Shown: positions 40,180 to 50,301, counted from the stretch's first letter. The stretch: DNA of 64,000 nucleotides from Clostridium sp. (GCA_051653165.1 JBOFVP010000168.1:12857-76856), one strand, 5' to 3'. Notes: a model not told the origin generated them from the sequence alone. Numbers and translations: made by a program.

Positions 40180-40221
40180 AAAAAAAAATGAACAATACCT
40201 AAAAGCATTGTTCATTTTTTT
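40180..40221 (-). terminator. Intrinsic terminator
   Basis: AAAATGAACAAT ... ATTGTTCATTTT inverted repeat. Confidence 0.7.
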
Positions 40222-40237
40222 AAGAAACTATAGTATA

Positions 40238-41698
40238 TTATTCTCTACCCTTCATGAAAACAAGTGGTTCTCCCCATCTAATTAATCCTTCATAAGAGCT
40301 TTCTATTAACTCTAGTCCGCCCCATTTTGATATTAATTTTGTTGGCATACCATTCTTATCCCATTCAGTAACTACTGCGACATGCCCTTCATAGTATATT
40401 ACTTCTGTATATGGCATTACAGTCTCAGAAAACTCTGTAAACTTATATCCTGGTCTATTAGCATGTCCATATTTCTTTCCAAAGTAATATGATACTACTT
40501 CAAATGGTATTCCAGTAGCTGCTGGACTCCAAGGCCACATCCATTGGTCTGTGACTCCTAATCCATATGCCATACAATTATATTGATTTGTACCATATCC
40601 TTTAAATGAATGATTAAATGGTGAATTATAATACCATGATGTATCCATTGCCTTATATGATGTCCTATCATAATATGTGAAATACGCATCAATTTTACTT
40701 TCGGTTATATCATTTTTAAATGACTTTGCAACCCCTACGATTTTAGGTGAAATATAGTCACCACCATTTTTATATGCAGATAAGTGATGCTCTCTTTGTG
40801 GTTTCACTGTCCCTTTATAAGTGTTAGATTTTGCGTCCTTAACCATTTTATTTAGTGCTATTATATTTTCATTATCACTAGTATCAATACCTCTGTACTC
40901 CATTCCAATTTCACTTACTGCTGAGTTACCATAGGCTTTCACTTGTATTTCTTCACCTAATAAGTAATACCCTCCATTATCAGGTGAAATCATTCCTACA
41001 TACCCTGTTGATCTTGTATTATCCTCTGTAAAAGCTACTGTTGTTGATAAAGGTGCTTTATCTTTACTTTCTATTTTTACAAAAATATTTTCCCCATTTT
41101 TAAAGTCTGATTGGCTCTTTGGGTTCAATAGGTATCTTGAATATTTACATTCTTGAGATAAATCATCACTATTACCAACTACATTTAAATTCTTATCGTA
41201 GACTGTAATAATAGTATCCTCATTTACATCCTTATTTTCACAGGTTTCAACTATTAATTTACTCTCTTGTGGGATATTATTATTTCTAAGTCTAAACATA
41301 ATATTACTTGAAGTTGTATCTATCTTTTCAATATCATTGTAATTTAATGATGGTAATACCCCAAATTCTCCATTCAATTGCATTCCCCATGTGTTCTCAA
41401 TTTTAACAAAGTATTTTCCTGGTCTAAGAGTAGTTGTTGAAATCCCATTAAGTGATGTAATTAAATTATAGGCCTCATTATAAACACTCATCTTAACCTG
41501 ATTTTGTGGTAGATTAGTAAATAAAGTATATATACCTTCCTCTTTTACCGTAAATGTAAACTCTTCCTCTGTTCTATTTACTGTAACTACTTCACCTGCT
41601 TTTAATTCTCTCTTTTGTGATGCTGATGCTGAAATATTAGGACACATACTTAGTGCTATTACTCCAGCTATTACGCAACTTACAATTCTTTTTTTCAT
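40238..41698 (-). CDS. Secreted protein with beta-sandwich (PPC-like) domains and a putative C-terminal papain-like Cys-His domain
   Basis: Sec signal ending ASA; DTIITVYD...NSDD..YSR module; C-terminal YNCMAYGLG, GHVA, SKWG. Confidence 0.6.
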   Translation of the reverse strand: MKKRIVSCVIAGVIALSMCPNISASASQKRELKAGEVVTVNRTEEEFTFTVKEEGIYTLFTNLPQNQVKMSVYNEAYNLITSLNGISTTTLRPGKYFVKIENTWGMQLNGEFGVLPSLNYNDIEKIDTTSSNIMFRLRNNNIPQESKLIVETCENKDVNEDTIITVYDKNLNVVGNSDDLSQECKYSRYLLNPKSQSDFKNGENIFVKIESKDKAPLSTTVAFTEDNTRSTGYVGMISPDNGGYYLLGEEIQVKAYGNSAVSEIGMEYRGIDTSDNENIIALNKMVKDAKSNTYKGTVKPQREHHLSAYKNGGDYISPKIVGVAKSFKNDITESKIDAYFTYYDRTSYKAMDTSWYYNSPFNHSFKGYGTNQYNCMAYGLGVTDQWMWPWSPAATGIPFEVVSYYFGKKYGHANRPGYKFTEFSETVMPYTEVIYYEGHVAVVTEWDKNGMPTKLISKWGGLELIESSYEGLIRWGEPLVFMKGRE

Positions 41699-42009
41699 TG
41701 TTATGCCCTCCCTCTTTTTATTTACATAACATATTATATATTATAATTTTTGTAAAATATGTAATATAATGTCGCAAGTTAAATATTTGTAAATTTTCCA
41801 TTTCCATACCTTTACATATTAAATTTTATTAATTATATTAACTTTAATTGATAATTTAATATATATATAACTTTTTTTAAACCTCTTATTTTTTTGCAGA
41901 AAGTTCTCTTTTTCTATTAATATAAAATTCTTCCTTATAAATTAAATTTAACATTCTGCCATACCATCAAATTATGACTCTATTCTTAACAAGCATAGTT
42001 TCATCAAGT

Positions 42010-42145
42010 GATTCTTAGCACCAGGTGGAGTTTGTGAATTTTAACATTACACCATCTGATGCTTAGAAGAACTTATCTAGACGCGTAGCAGTGCTTAGCT
42101 GACCTGCAGAGGTGGGAGTGTTACCAATGGTAGCAATCAGATAAA
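42010..42145. repeat. Structured intergenic repeat element, copy 1
   Basis: Hairpin TTCTTAGCACCAGGTGG...CCATCTGATGCTTAGAA followed by TTATCT...AGATAA; shares ACCTGYAGAGGTGGGAGT and TAGCMATYAGATAAA with 47453-47528. Confidence 0.7.
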
Positions 42146-42190
42146 GAAAAATAAAAGACCCTACCATCAATGATAGAATCTTTTATACAC

Positions 42191-42523
42191 TTATATATTA
42201 TTTTGGTTTAAATATTCGTTGATAATGAACAGTAATTCTTTGGTACTTATTTGACATGATTTTTCATCTTCACTTATCATATCAAAAACCTTAGTAGTTG
42301 TTCTTGTAATGTAAGCACCACATATATTACCACTTATCTCTCTTTCTTTCTCTTCACCATTTATAACCTTAGAGATTTCTTCAATAAAGTAGTCACTAAA
42401 GCTTTTAATATCTACTGATAAAAAGGTGGAAAGCACCTCATATTCTTGTGGAAAATCAAAGACTATTTCTTCTACTTTTCCCTTATAAATTATTTCTCTC
42501 TTTGAGTAATTCATAAATATCAT
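42191..42523 (-). CDS. Putative immunity protein/antitoxin for the upstream EndoU nuclease
   Basis: Small acidic ORF 8 bp downstream of the toxin gene; FLSVDI...ISGNIC...CQISTKEL pattern recalls antitoxins of Firmicute EndoU toxins. Confidence 0.65.
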   Translation of the reverse strand: MIFMNYSKREIIYKGKVEEIVFDFPQEYEVLSTFLSVDIKSFSDYFIEEISKVINGEEKEREISGNICGAYITRTTTKVFDMISEDEKSCQISTKELLFIINEYLNQNNI

Positions 42524-42531
42524 CCTTTATA

Positions 42532-43086
42532 TTAGTATTCTGGAAAAGCACTGATTATTCTATCAGTTTTTTCATCTATATACATAACAATTTTAACCCC
42601 ATCTTTTGAATAGCCAAAGTATGTATTCCCTGTTTTATAAACTTTTTCTTTAAAGGCTTCATTTATTGTATCTACAACCTTTTGAGCTGACCAATCTTTT
42701 GGAAAAAATGAACTTTTACCACCATTTGAAGTCTTCTTAATACCATCTACTTCAACCTTTGCTGTATAAACCCCCTTTTCATTTTCCTTAGACTCAGTTC
42801 CCTTTATAACCTTGCCCTTAGAGTTTGGCATATTTTCATAATGGAATCCAACTGCTTGCCCTTTTGAATTAATTTCTCCCTCAAGTATATGAGCTAAAGC
42901 CCCTGATTTAAAGTTCTCAGTATTTTTTAATTCAGATACATCTTTAATTTGAATCTGAGACTCATTTTTAGTTGCATTTTTTTCATCTACCTTTTCATTT
43001 GAATTGCATCCAAGAAAAATAGTTGTAAACATTAATATAACTAATAATATAATGTTTTTTCTTAAGTTTTTAATCATAATAAACAC
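42532..43086 (-). CDS. Lipoprotein with bacterial EndoU ribonuclease domain
   Basis: FLGC lipobox; HILEGE...GFHY...K...SSFFPKDWS...ISAFP EndoU motifs. Confidence 0.85.
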   Translation of the reverse strand: MFIMIKNLRKNIILLVILMFTTIFLGCNSNEKVDEKNATKNESQIQIKDVSELKNTENFKSGALAHILEGEINSKGQAVGFHYENMPNSKGKVIKGTESKENEKGVYTAKVEVDGIKKTSNGGKSSFFPKDWSAQKVVDTINEAFKEKVYKTGNTYFGYSKDGVKIVMYIDEKTDRIISAFPEY

Positions 43087-43147
43087 TCCTAATTTTTAGT
43101 TTCAGTATAAATAATAACACCTTAAACTATACCTGTCATTAAATTAA

Positions 43148-44014
43148 TTATATTAGCTCAAAAGTTTTCATTGCTTCATAAAAACCATCCTCTTCAAAAG
43201 ACTTAGTTACATAACTTGAAACATCTTTAACAGCTTGTGGTGAATTACCCATTGCAATACTATTTTTTACAAATTTAAGCATATCTATATCATTATAGTC
43301 ATCCCCAATTGCATATACATCATCTAAATTAAAATTGTAATACTTTAACATTTCTTTAATTCCCAGAGCCTTAGAAATATCTTTTTCACATACTTCTCCA
43401 CCTGAAAATAACTTACTTAGAGATAATGATACACATGTATATCTATCTTTAAATTTTTCTCTTACATCCTTGAAATCAATAGGACATACCCCTTCACTAT
43501 ATAAAATTTCTGCTCCATAATAATGAATTTTATTAAAGGTTACATCCATAGGATTTTCAATTTCCCTTGTTCTTAAAGAAATTTTTTCTATTCTATCTAA
43601 AGCTCTAGCATATTCTTCTTCACTTACCTCTTCTTTATTCGGAGGGGTAAATAATTTTAAATATTTTTCTTTATGTCCCTTTTTTATATATACATAGTCA
43701 TTACCTTCTAAATTGTAAACTATATTATGTTCCTCGAAGTATTCAACTAATTCTTTTCTTGACTCATAGCTCATAGGTTTAGAAAAAAGAATTTCCTTAT
43801 TTACAACAACTGTTGCCCCAGCTGAACATATCATATTCTCAAAATTTAACTCACTTAAAATACCATCAACTGCTGGATAGGCTCTCCCAGTACTTAGTAC
43901 TAAAACATGTCCATTTTCTCTTAGCCTTTTAAACGCTTCTTTGGTCTTATCTGTTATAAAATTATTTTTTATTATTGTTCCATCACCATCAAAAAATATT
44001 ATTTTCTTATTCAT
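43148..44014 (-). CDS. Cof-type HAD-IIB hydrolase
   Basis: FFDGDGTI, STGR, SKALGI, GDDYNDIDM, AMGNS. Confidence 0.92.
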   Translation of the reverse strand: MNKKIIFFDGDGTIIKNNFITDKTKEAFKRLRENGHVLVLSTGRAYPAVDGILSELNFENMICSAGATVVVNKEILFSKPMSYESRKELVEYFEEHNIVYNLEGNDYVYIKKGHKEKYLKLFTPPNKEEVSEEEYARALDRIEKISLRTREIENPMDVTFNKIHYYGAEILYSEGVCPIDFKDVREKFKDRYTCVSLSLSKLFSGGEVCEKDISKALGIKEMLKYYNFNLDDVYAIGDDYNDIDMLKFVKNSIAMGNSPQAVKDVSSYVTKSFEEDGFYEAMKTFELI

Positions 44015-44029
44015 CCCTAACTCCTTTAT

Positions 44030-45460
44030 TTATCTAATATTCCAATCATTCTCAAAAGCTAATTTTGTTAGATATTGTTTCATGTCTCCATCAACAGGCC
44101 TATTACATATAAATTTAGCTTGTACAATTGTATTATTTTTTAATTCAATTGTTGCATAGGGCTTAGAAACATTATCAAGCTTCCTCACACTAAAAATCTG
44201 TGTTTGTCCTATTAACACATAGTCTATATAACTCATAACACAATTTTTTTGTATTTCACCCTCGTATTTAAAATCTTCTATAGTCTTTAAGGGTTTTGCA
44301 TAATACTCACTACCAACCTGCTTTATTTCAAAGTTTTTAGTAGCCTTTAAAAGTTCTTCCCTTCTGATTTCATTTTTTTGCACATTATAAACTCCTAGAA
44401 CTCTATCATGTCTCTCTTTAAGATTCTTACTATAAGGTTTAAATGAAATATCAATTGCCTTTGACATTCTTCTTAAATCATTTAAATATATAAACACCTC
44501 GTTTGTAGATAGGTCTTCACTTTCGCTTATTCTTACTACATATTCACAAAGCTTTCTAATTTTATATCCATTGTTTAAAAGAGTTCTAATATATCCTAAT
44601 GAGTTTAATGCAAAACTATAGTCCTTAACTATAATACTAAATTCCTGTGCATTCCTTTCTTGAAAAAACTCTCTTAAACTAATAATTGAATATACTCCAA
44701 GCCTATTATTTCTAATATGATTTAACCCTTTATTAGGTATATTGAAAATCGCCTTAAGGGAGTTACCATTATTATTTATTTGTAATTTTTTTGTTAATTG
44801 ATCAATTGCCTTTACAGGATTCTTTTCAATTAAGTATGTCATATCCCATTTAATCAAATACTCTAAAAGAGAATTTGTGAAAATTAGTTTAAATAAACCT
44901 AAATAATTCATCATATTGTATCCCATACAAAAATGGGATAGCATTTCACCATAATTAGGCTTTACTCTATTTTCAATACATAGAATTGAAAATTTATTTG
45001 CCATTTCCTTAAAATCCTCTAGTGTAAAATCATTAAAAAAACTTCCACATTCATTTACATGCTCCATAAATGGTTGCTCTGAATTAAAGTATTTAAAATT
45101 TATAACCTTACACCCATTAACTTCTCTTAAATTAAATATTAAATTTTCCTCAATTGCCTTTGACTTATCCCATAAAAATCTTTTCTCATTAAGATCCACC
45201 TTTTCATAATAACTTTTTTTAGTAATTATAAATTTACCAACATATTCATACTCATAACTTGTATAAATTTTAACTTCACTTTCATTTGCAAAAACAAAAT
45301 GTTCCCCACATTCACACTTAAAAGTATTAGTAATATCACCATATTGAATATTATTTGATGTAAGTTCTCTTCCACATTCCTCACATTGATGATTTTCTTC
45401 AAATATATTAGTAATTATCCTATAGTTTTTTATTATGTTTACTATCTCTTTATCTGTCAT
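44030..45460 (-). CDS. PcfJ-domain protein with N-terminal zinc ribbon
   Basis: CEEC...CECG; C-terminal YLND...P..NLKERHD...EGEIQKNCVMSY...IFSVRK...PYATIEL...IVQAK...N. Confidence 0.8.
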   Translation of the reverse strand: MTDKEIVNIIKNYRIITNIFEENHQCEECGRELTSNNIQYGDITNTFKCECGEHFVFANESEVKIYTSYEYEYVGKFIITKKSYYEKVDLNEKRFLWDKSKAIEENLIFNLREVNGCKVINFKYFNSEQPFMEHVNECGSFFNDFTLEDFKEMANKFSILCIENRVKPNYGEMLSHFCMGYNMMNYLGLFKLIFTNSLLEYLIKWDMTYLIEKNPVKAIDQLTKKLQINNNGNSLKAIFNIPNKGLNHIRNNRLGVYSIISLREFFQERNAQEFSIIVKDYSFALNSLGYIRTLLNNGYKIRKLCEYVVRISESEDLSTNEVFIYLNDLRRMSKAIDISFKPYSKNLKERHDRVLGVYNVQKNEIRREELLKATKNFEIKQVGSEYYAKPLKTIEDFKYEGEIQKNCVMSYIDYVLIGQTQIFSVRKLDNVSKPYATIELKNNTIVQAKFICNRPVDGDMKQYLTKLAFENDWNIR

Positions 45461-45573
45461 GTTCCCCACTCCCCAAACTACTATATAAAGTATATTATAC
45501 TATATTTTCACATGAATTTCTTTATTTTATTAAAAGACACCAAAATAATGTTATTTGGTGTCTTTTAATATCT

Positions 45574-47331
45574 TTATAATATCTTTATAATATCTTTTAT
45601 AATTAATTCCTTTGTTAAGTGATATTTATTATACAGATCTTTAATTGGTATACTATCTGTAAATTCTTTATCAGCTCCAAAGTTTAATACTTTGATATCT
45701 TTATTCCCAAGATAACTTGAAACCTTTTCTCCGAATCCACCATTTAATATTCCATCTTCAAGAGTAACTACTACACTATGGTTATTTGAAATATCATCTA
45801 ACATTTCTTTATCTATTGATGATATTACCCTTGGATTAATTAATGTAGCATTCATATTCAATGTATTTAATATCCCTTCATGAATTTCCTTACCAAGATT
45901 AAAGAAAGTACCTACTGCAATAATACAAATTTCACTTCCTTCTTTTATTTTGATAAACTTATCATCTTCGAAGTTAGTTTGAGAAATGTTATAATCACAC
46001 TCTATAACTTTCCCATTTGGCACTCTAATAGCAACTGGAACTTTACTTTGTTCAATTCCATAATCTATCATTGCTATTAACTCCTCTTTAGATGTTGGTG
46101 CTAAATATTTTATATTTGGTATATTACTAATAAGAGGGATATCAAAAGTACCTAAGTGCCCTACATCACCACCTGATATTCCTCCATCATAAACCATAAT
46201 TAAAGCCGGGCTTTTATTTATTGCAATATCCTGTGATAGTTGGTCATATGTTCTTTGGATAAAAGAGCTTGCAAGATTAATAATGGGCTTTCCTCCACCA
46301 CATGCTATAGCAGCTCCAAAGGTAACTGCATGCGCTTCTGCTATTCCAACATCTATATATTGATTAGGAAGTTCTTCTCTAAATTCATACAATTGCCCTG
46401 CATATGGTGTAGCAGGAGTAATTGCAATAATTGAGTTATCTTTTTTTGCTTTTTCAAGTATATAGTCACCTGCCATCTTAGTGTAAGACTCTTCTGTGTT
46501 TAAACTCTTAAGCTCTTTACTTTCTAAATCAAATGGAGATACCCAATGAAACCTCTCTTTATCTTTTTCTGCTTCTTCATACCCCTTTCCTTTTTTTGTA
46601 TTTATATGTACTATAATGGGATGATCCATATCTTTCACCTTATTAAAAACTTCTACTAAACTCTTAAGATTATTTCCATTTTTCACATAGAAGTAATCAA
46701 ATCCTAGTGTTTTAAAGAAATTATTATTTCCTGATCCTTTAGTAGATCTAAGAAGTGATAGATTTTTATATAGCCCTCCTTGATTTGCAGCTATTGACAT
46801 TTCATTATCATTTATAATTATTATTATGTTTTTACCAGAAGTTGCTGCATTGTTTAGAGCTTCATATGCCATTCCTCCACTTAAAGAACCATCCCCAATA
46901 ATTGCTATAATATTTTCATTATCTCCCTTTATATCTCTAGCTTTTGCTAACCCAAGTGCTAAGCTAATTGATGTTGAGGTATGCCCTACTGTAAAGAAAT
47001 CGTGTTTACTTTCATTTTGATTTGTATAGCCAGTTATTGTGTTATATTTTTTTGGATCTATAAAAGCTTCCTTTCTTCCTGTAAGAATTTTATGAGTATA
47101 ACATTGATGTGACACATCAAAAACTATTTTATCCTTAGGAGAATTAAATACATAGTGTAGTGCTATTGTCATTTCTAGCACGCCTAAATTTGGTCCAAAG
47201 TGTCCACCAGTTTCACTAATTTTTTTTATTAAAAGACTTCGTATTTCTTTTGAAAGAGTATTTAGCTCTGTTTGAGATAGTCCTTTTAGATCACTAGGAA
47301 AATTAATTTTTTCAAGTATTTTATATTCCAT
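45574..47331 (-). CDS. dxs: 1-deoxy-D-xylulose-5-phosphate synthase (short, 585-aa type)
   Basis: GGHFGPNLG, DVSHQCYTHKILTGR, GHTSTSIS, TPP motif GDGSLSGG...NDNEMSI, DVGIAEAHA. Confidence 0.92.
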   Translation of the reverse strand: MEYKILEKINFPSDLKGLSQTELNTLSKEIRSLLIKKISETGGHFGPNLGVLEMTIALHYVFNSPKDKIVFDVSHQCYTHKILTGRKEAFIDPKKYNTITGYTNQNESKHDFFTVGHTSTSISLALGLAKARDIKGDNENIIAIIGDGSLSGGMAYEALNNAATSGKNIIIIINDNEMSIAANQGGLYKNLSLLRSTKGSGNNNFFKTLGFDYFYVKNGNNLKSLVEVFNKVKDMDHPIIVHINTKKGKGYEEAEKDKERFHWVSPFDLESKELKSLNTEESYTKMAGDYILEKAKKDNSIIAITPATPYAGQLYEFREELPNQYIDVGIAEAHAVTFGAAIACGGGKPIINLASSFIQRTYDQLSQDIAINKSPALIMVYDGGISGGDVGHLGTFDIPLISNIPNIKYLAPTSKEELIAMIDYGIEQSKVPVAIRVPNGKVIECDYNISQTNFEDDKFIKIKEGSEICIIAVGTFFNLGKEIHEGILNTLNMNATLINPRVISSIDKEMLDDISNNHSVVVTLEDGILNGGFGEKVSSYLGNKDIKVLNFGADKEFTDSIPIKDLYNKYHLTKELIIKDIIKIL

Positions 47332-47452
47332 TTATACACTTCCTTTTTTGTAAATTGTATCGCCTTATGAAGTTTTATTTTGCATGATTTTCTTGAGAAA
47401 ATTATATTTGAATTAGTAAGAATATTATAGGTTAGGAGCTAGCATTCAGCTT

Positions 47453-47528
47453 CGTAACTAGAAAGTATTTACTAAATATCCCCCACCTGTAGAGGTGGGA
47501 GTATAGTCAATACTAGCCATTAGATAAA
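47453..47528. repeat. Structured intergenic repeat element, copy 2 (partial)
   Basis: Hairpin GTATTTACTA...CCCACCT-GTAG-AGGTGGG...TAGTCAATAC then TAGCCATTAGATAAA; similar to the 3' half of 42010-42145. Confidence 0.65.
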
Positions 47529-47978
47529 TTATGCGCAACAAGAATCATCTTTTTTTCCTATAGGCTTATTTCTATAATTAATCAACCGTTTATAACAGGG
47601 TTCGAACCAAAAACAAACATAATTTATAAAAAAAGAAGTTGCTAATTCATACATTTTATAGTGAATCATTGTTATATCAATTTCTTTTTGAGATTCTATT
47701 GTTTTAGTTAAAACAATTTGAATACTCTCAAAGTATTTACATTCATTATTTGAAATATGATTGAATTCATATAACTTAAGGTATCTTTCTCTATTAGTTA
47801 AAATATTCAACTCTTTTAATCCAACTTCTTCAGCTATTACTTTTGTAAGTTTTGAAGTAAATTCATTACTTTTCTCTATTGCTCCCTTTATATCCTTTAA
47901 AGCAATTCTTTCAAAGTCCTTTGCTATAAGGTATAAATCTTTATAATCTTTTTTTAAGAAATCAAAAATACTTCTCAC
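47529..47978 (-). CDS. Hypothetical protein resembling the DUF4145/HEPN-like N-terminus of type I HsdR proteins
   Basis: FDFLKKDYKDLYLIAKDFER...D...AIEK..EF..KL pattern; GTG start with GGAGG RBS. Confidence 0.5.
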   Translation of the reverse strand: MRSIFDFLKKDYKDLYLIAKDFERIALKDIKGAIEKSNEFTSKLTKVIAEEVGLKELNILTNRERYLKLYEFNHISNNECKYFESIQIVLTKTIESQKEIDITMIHYKMYELATSFFINYVCFWFEPCYKRLINYRNKPIGKKDDSCCA

Positions 47979-48011
47979 CTACAAATCCCTCCTAAACTAA
48001 ATTAAAATTCA

Positions 48012-48518
48012 TTAAAAATTTATGTTACCCTTACACTCCTCAATATCTCGAATAATTCCCTCTAATTTTTTTGAAGATATTTTTCTTTTTATAGAAAATG
48101 TCCTAAGATCTTCAAATGTAATATCAATAACACTATGAATGTTGTTTTCCTCAACAAAGTATTCCCTTATATAATGATAAGGTGCATTACTAAACCAAAA
48201 ATTAACACTAAAAATATCATAATTTATCTTTACATTATGTCTCTCATTAATATAAATATCAATTAATCTATTTTTTAATGCATTAATACGTTTAATTCCA
48301 AACCCTCTAGACATACACAGTTCTACTACAATTTCATCTGTAATTTGCCATATATATTCAAGATTTCTTTCTCTAAAAAGTCTAATAATTGAATAATATT
48401 CTTCCCCTTCAAAAAAATTTGATATTCTAAAATTATCCTTATACTTTCCTATTTCGCTACTTTTTTTTAATTCATTTACATCTTCCCCATAACACCCATT
48501 AACTATCCCCATAACCAA
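48012..48518 (-). CDS. Hypothetical protein with two RNAP alpha-CTD/HhH-like repeats
   Basis: LFRERNLEYIWQIT..L...RGFGIKRINAL and FVEENNIHSVIDIT..DL...KISSKKLEGI. Confidence 0.5.
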   Translation of the reverse strand: MVMGIVNGCYGEDVNELKKSSEIGKYKDNFRISNFFEGEEYYSIIRLFRERNLEYIWQITDEIVVELCMSRGFGIKRINALKNRLIDIYINERHNVKINYDIFSVNFWFSNAPYHYIREYFVEENNIHSVIDITFEDLRTFSIKRKISSKKLEGIIRDIEECKGNINF

Positions 48519-48801
48519 CCCTCTTTCATTCCCAAAACTTTATATGTATAAAATATTACCCATATACTCTATACAATTATAATTCTTTACTTATAATTGT
48601 AAATGGAATAAACTATTATGTCAACATTTATAGTAAAATATAGAAACTTTTTACAAATGATTATGTGTTATTTTTTATAATTTTTTAACATAATTCTTTT
48701 TAATTACACTCTTTTTATTGTAAAATTTTCAAAACAAATGTAAAATAATATTAGTGCATAAATATACAAATTTATAAGAAAATAGAGGGGGGATTATAAC
48801 A

Positions 48802-50157
48802 ATGAATAATAATGTCAGAATTGATGTTAATTTTGATGAAAAGAAAAGCTTAACTAATGACATAACTAAATATCTTTTAAAAACTATTTGTATTGGTAAT
48901 TTTACTTTTTTAATTTTAAGCAAATTAATTTCATCGGTATTACATACTCAAATAACAAATGATAAATTCTTTAACATGTTTTTTTTAATTGATCTAATAC
49001 TTATTATATTTACTATATTATCAATGATGTATTTTATTAAAAAGTATATTGCATCAAAAACTAGATTGTTAAATGGTCTTAGATTACATATTGGATATCT
49101 TTCAAAAGGTGTATATCATTATAAAATAAAAGAAAAATATTTCCAGCGTGAAGATGAAGTTGGTCACATTTGTGTAGCATTAGATTGTCTTCAAAACACA
49201 ATTGTTAAATTAGTTGAAGATATGAAGGTTCCAACAAATACAATGGCAGAACAATCTAAAAATTTAGCTGTAATTTCTAATAATTTATCTAGCTCTACTA
49301 ATATTATTTCTCATGAGATAAATAACATAGTAACTGGGGTTGATAATGAGTCCTCTGGAATTGATGATGTTATGGATAAGATATCTATCCTTAATAACAC
49401 TATTCTTAAAGAAATAAAAGAAATTGAAAATCTTCAAGATGTAGCCTGTGATGTTAGAAATCAATCTAAAAATAGTAATAAGGATTTAAAAACAATAACA
49501 GAATCCCTAGAAAACTTTACAAATACTTTCAATGACTTCTTAGGCTTAATTGATAATATTAACTCTAATATTAATGAAGTAAATGAAATTTCCACCCTAA
49601 TTAACAATGTAGCTCAGCAAACCAATCTTCTTGCTTTAAATGCTGCAATTGAAGCTGCTAGAGCTGGTGAAGCAGGTAGAGGATTTACAGTTGTAGCTGA
49701 AGAAATTAGAAAGTTATCAGATCAAACTAAACAATCTTCATATTCTATTAATAGGTTAATCAATAATGTTTTAGATAATTCTAATAGCTTAGTAACAAAT
49801 ACTCGCCAAATGACAAATCAACTTGATAATCAAAAAAATGGTATTAATAGTTCAATTTCATCCTTCCAAACAATTTCAGATTCAATTAATATTATTGATC
49901 AAACCGTCAGTGCAATCTCTAATAATTGCAATAACTTAAACTCTACTCATGAGGATATTATGAAGAGAATGTATTCTGTTTCTGATGTTAATAAAACTAT
50001 TTTATGTTCTATACAAGAAATAGCAGCATCATCAGAGCAAACAGCGGAGTCATCAAGGGTCCTTTTAGATTATGCATCAAGCTTAAAAGAAAACGTTGAT
50101 ATAAACCTAAAACACATTAATTCCTTTATACTTGAGGGTGTTGATGAAGAAGCTTAA
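48802..50157 (+). CDS. Methyl-accepting chemotaxis protein
   Basis: Two TMs, HAMP-like REDEVG, signalling tip [33 protein letters not shown]. Confidence 0.93.
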   Translation: MNNNVRIDVNFDEKKSLTNDITKYLLKTICIGNFTFLILSKLISSVLHTQITNDKFFNMFFLIDLILIIFTILSMMYFIKKYIASKTRLLNGLRLHIGYLSKGVYHYKIKEKYFQREDEVGHICVALDCLQNTIVKLVEDMKVPTNTMAEQSKNLAVISNNLSSSTNIISHEINNIVTGVDNESSGIDDVMDKISILNNTILKEIKEIENLQDVACDVRNQSKNSNKDLKTITESLENFTNTFNDFLGLIDNINSNINEVNEISTLINNVAQQTNLLALNAAIEAARAGEAGRGFTVVAEEIRKLSDQTKQSSYSINRLINNVLDNSNSLVTNTRQMTNQLDNQKNGINSSISSFQTISDSINIIDQTVSAISNNCNNLNSTHEDIMKRMYSVSDVNKTILCSIQEIAASSEQTAESSRVLLDYASSLKENVDINLKHINSFILEGVDEEA

Positions 50158-50250
50158 AAGTAAAAAAATTTGACAAGGCTACTTTAGAGCCATCAATTAT
50201 TTTATCTAATCTTCCTTAAGTTCTTATTATACCATAATTTCATATAAAAT

Positions 50251-50289
50251 AAAATAGTAGACAAGTAATGATGCTTGCCTACTATTTTT
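50251..50289 (-). terminator. Intrinsic terminator
   Basis: AAAATAGTAGACAAG ... CTTGCCTACTATTTT. Confidence 0.65.
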
Positions 50290-50301
50290 CATTTAAATTT
50301 C

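Noticed and set aside
42001-42145. SAM-I riboswitch suggested by ATCAAG...GGTGGAG
   Set aside because: No GCAACC/GTGC core and no downstream gene on that strand; better explained by the repeat shared with 47453-47528
42010-47528. Composite mobile element bounded by the two repeats
   Set aside because: Copies are diverged, partial and in direct orientation; no transposase, integrase or target duplication seen; cargo includes ordinary metabolic genes
48729-48923. 64-aa minus-strand ORF
   Set aside because: Overlaps the start and RBS of the MCP gene on the opposite strand; no RBS of its own
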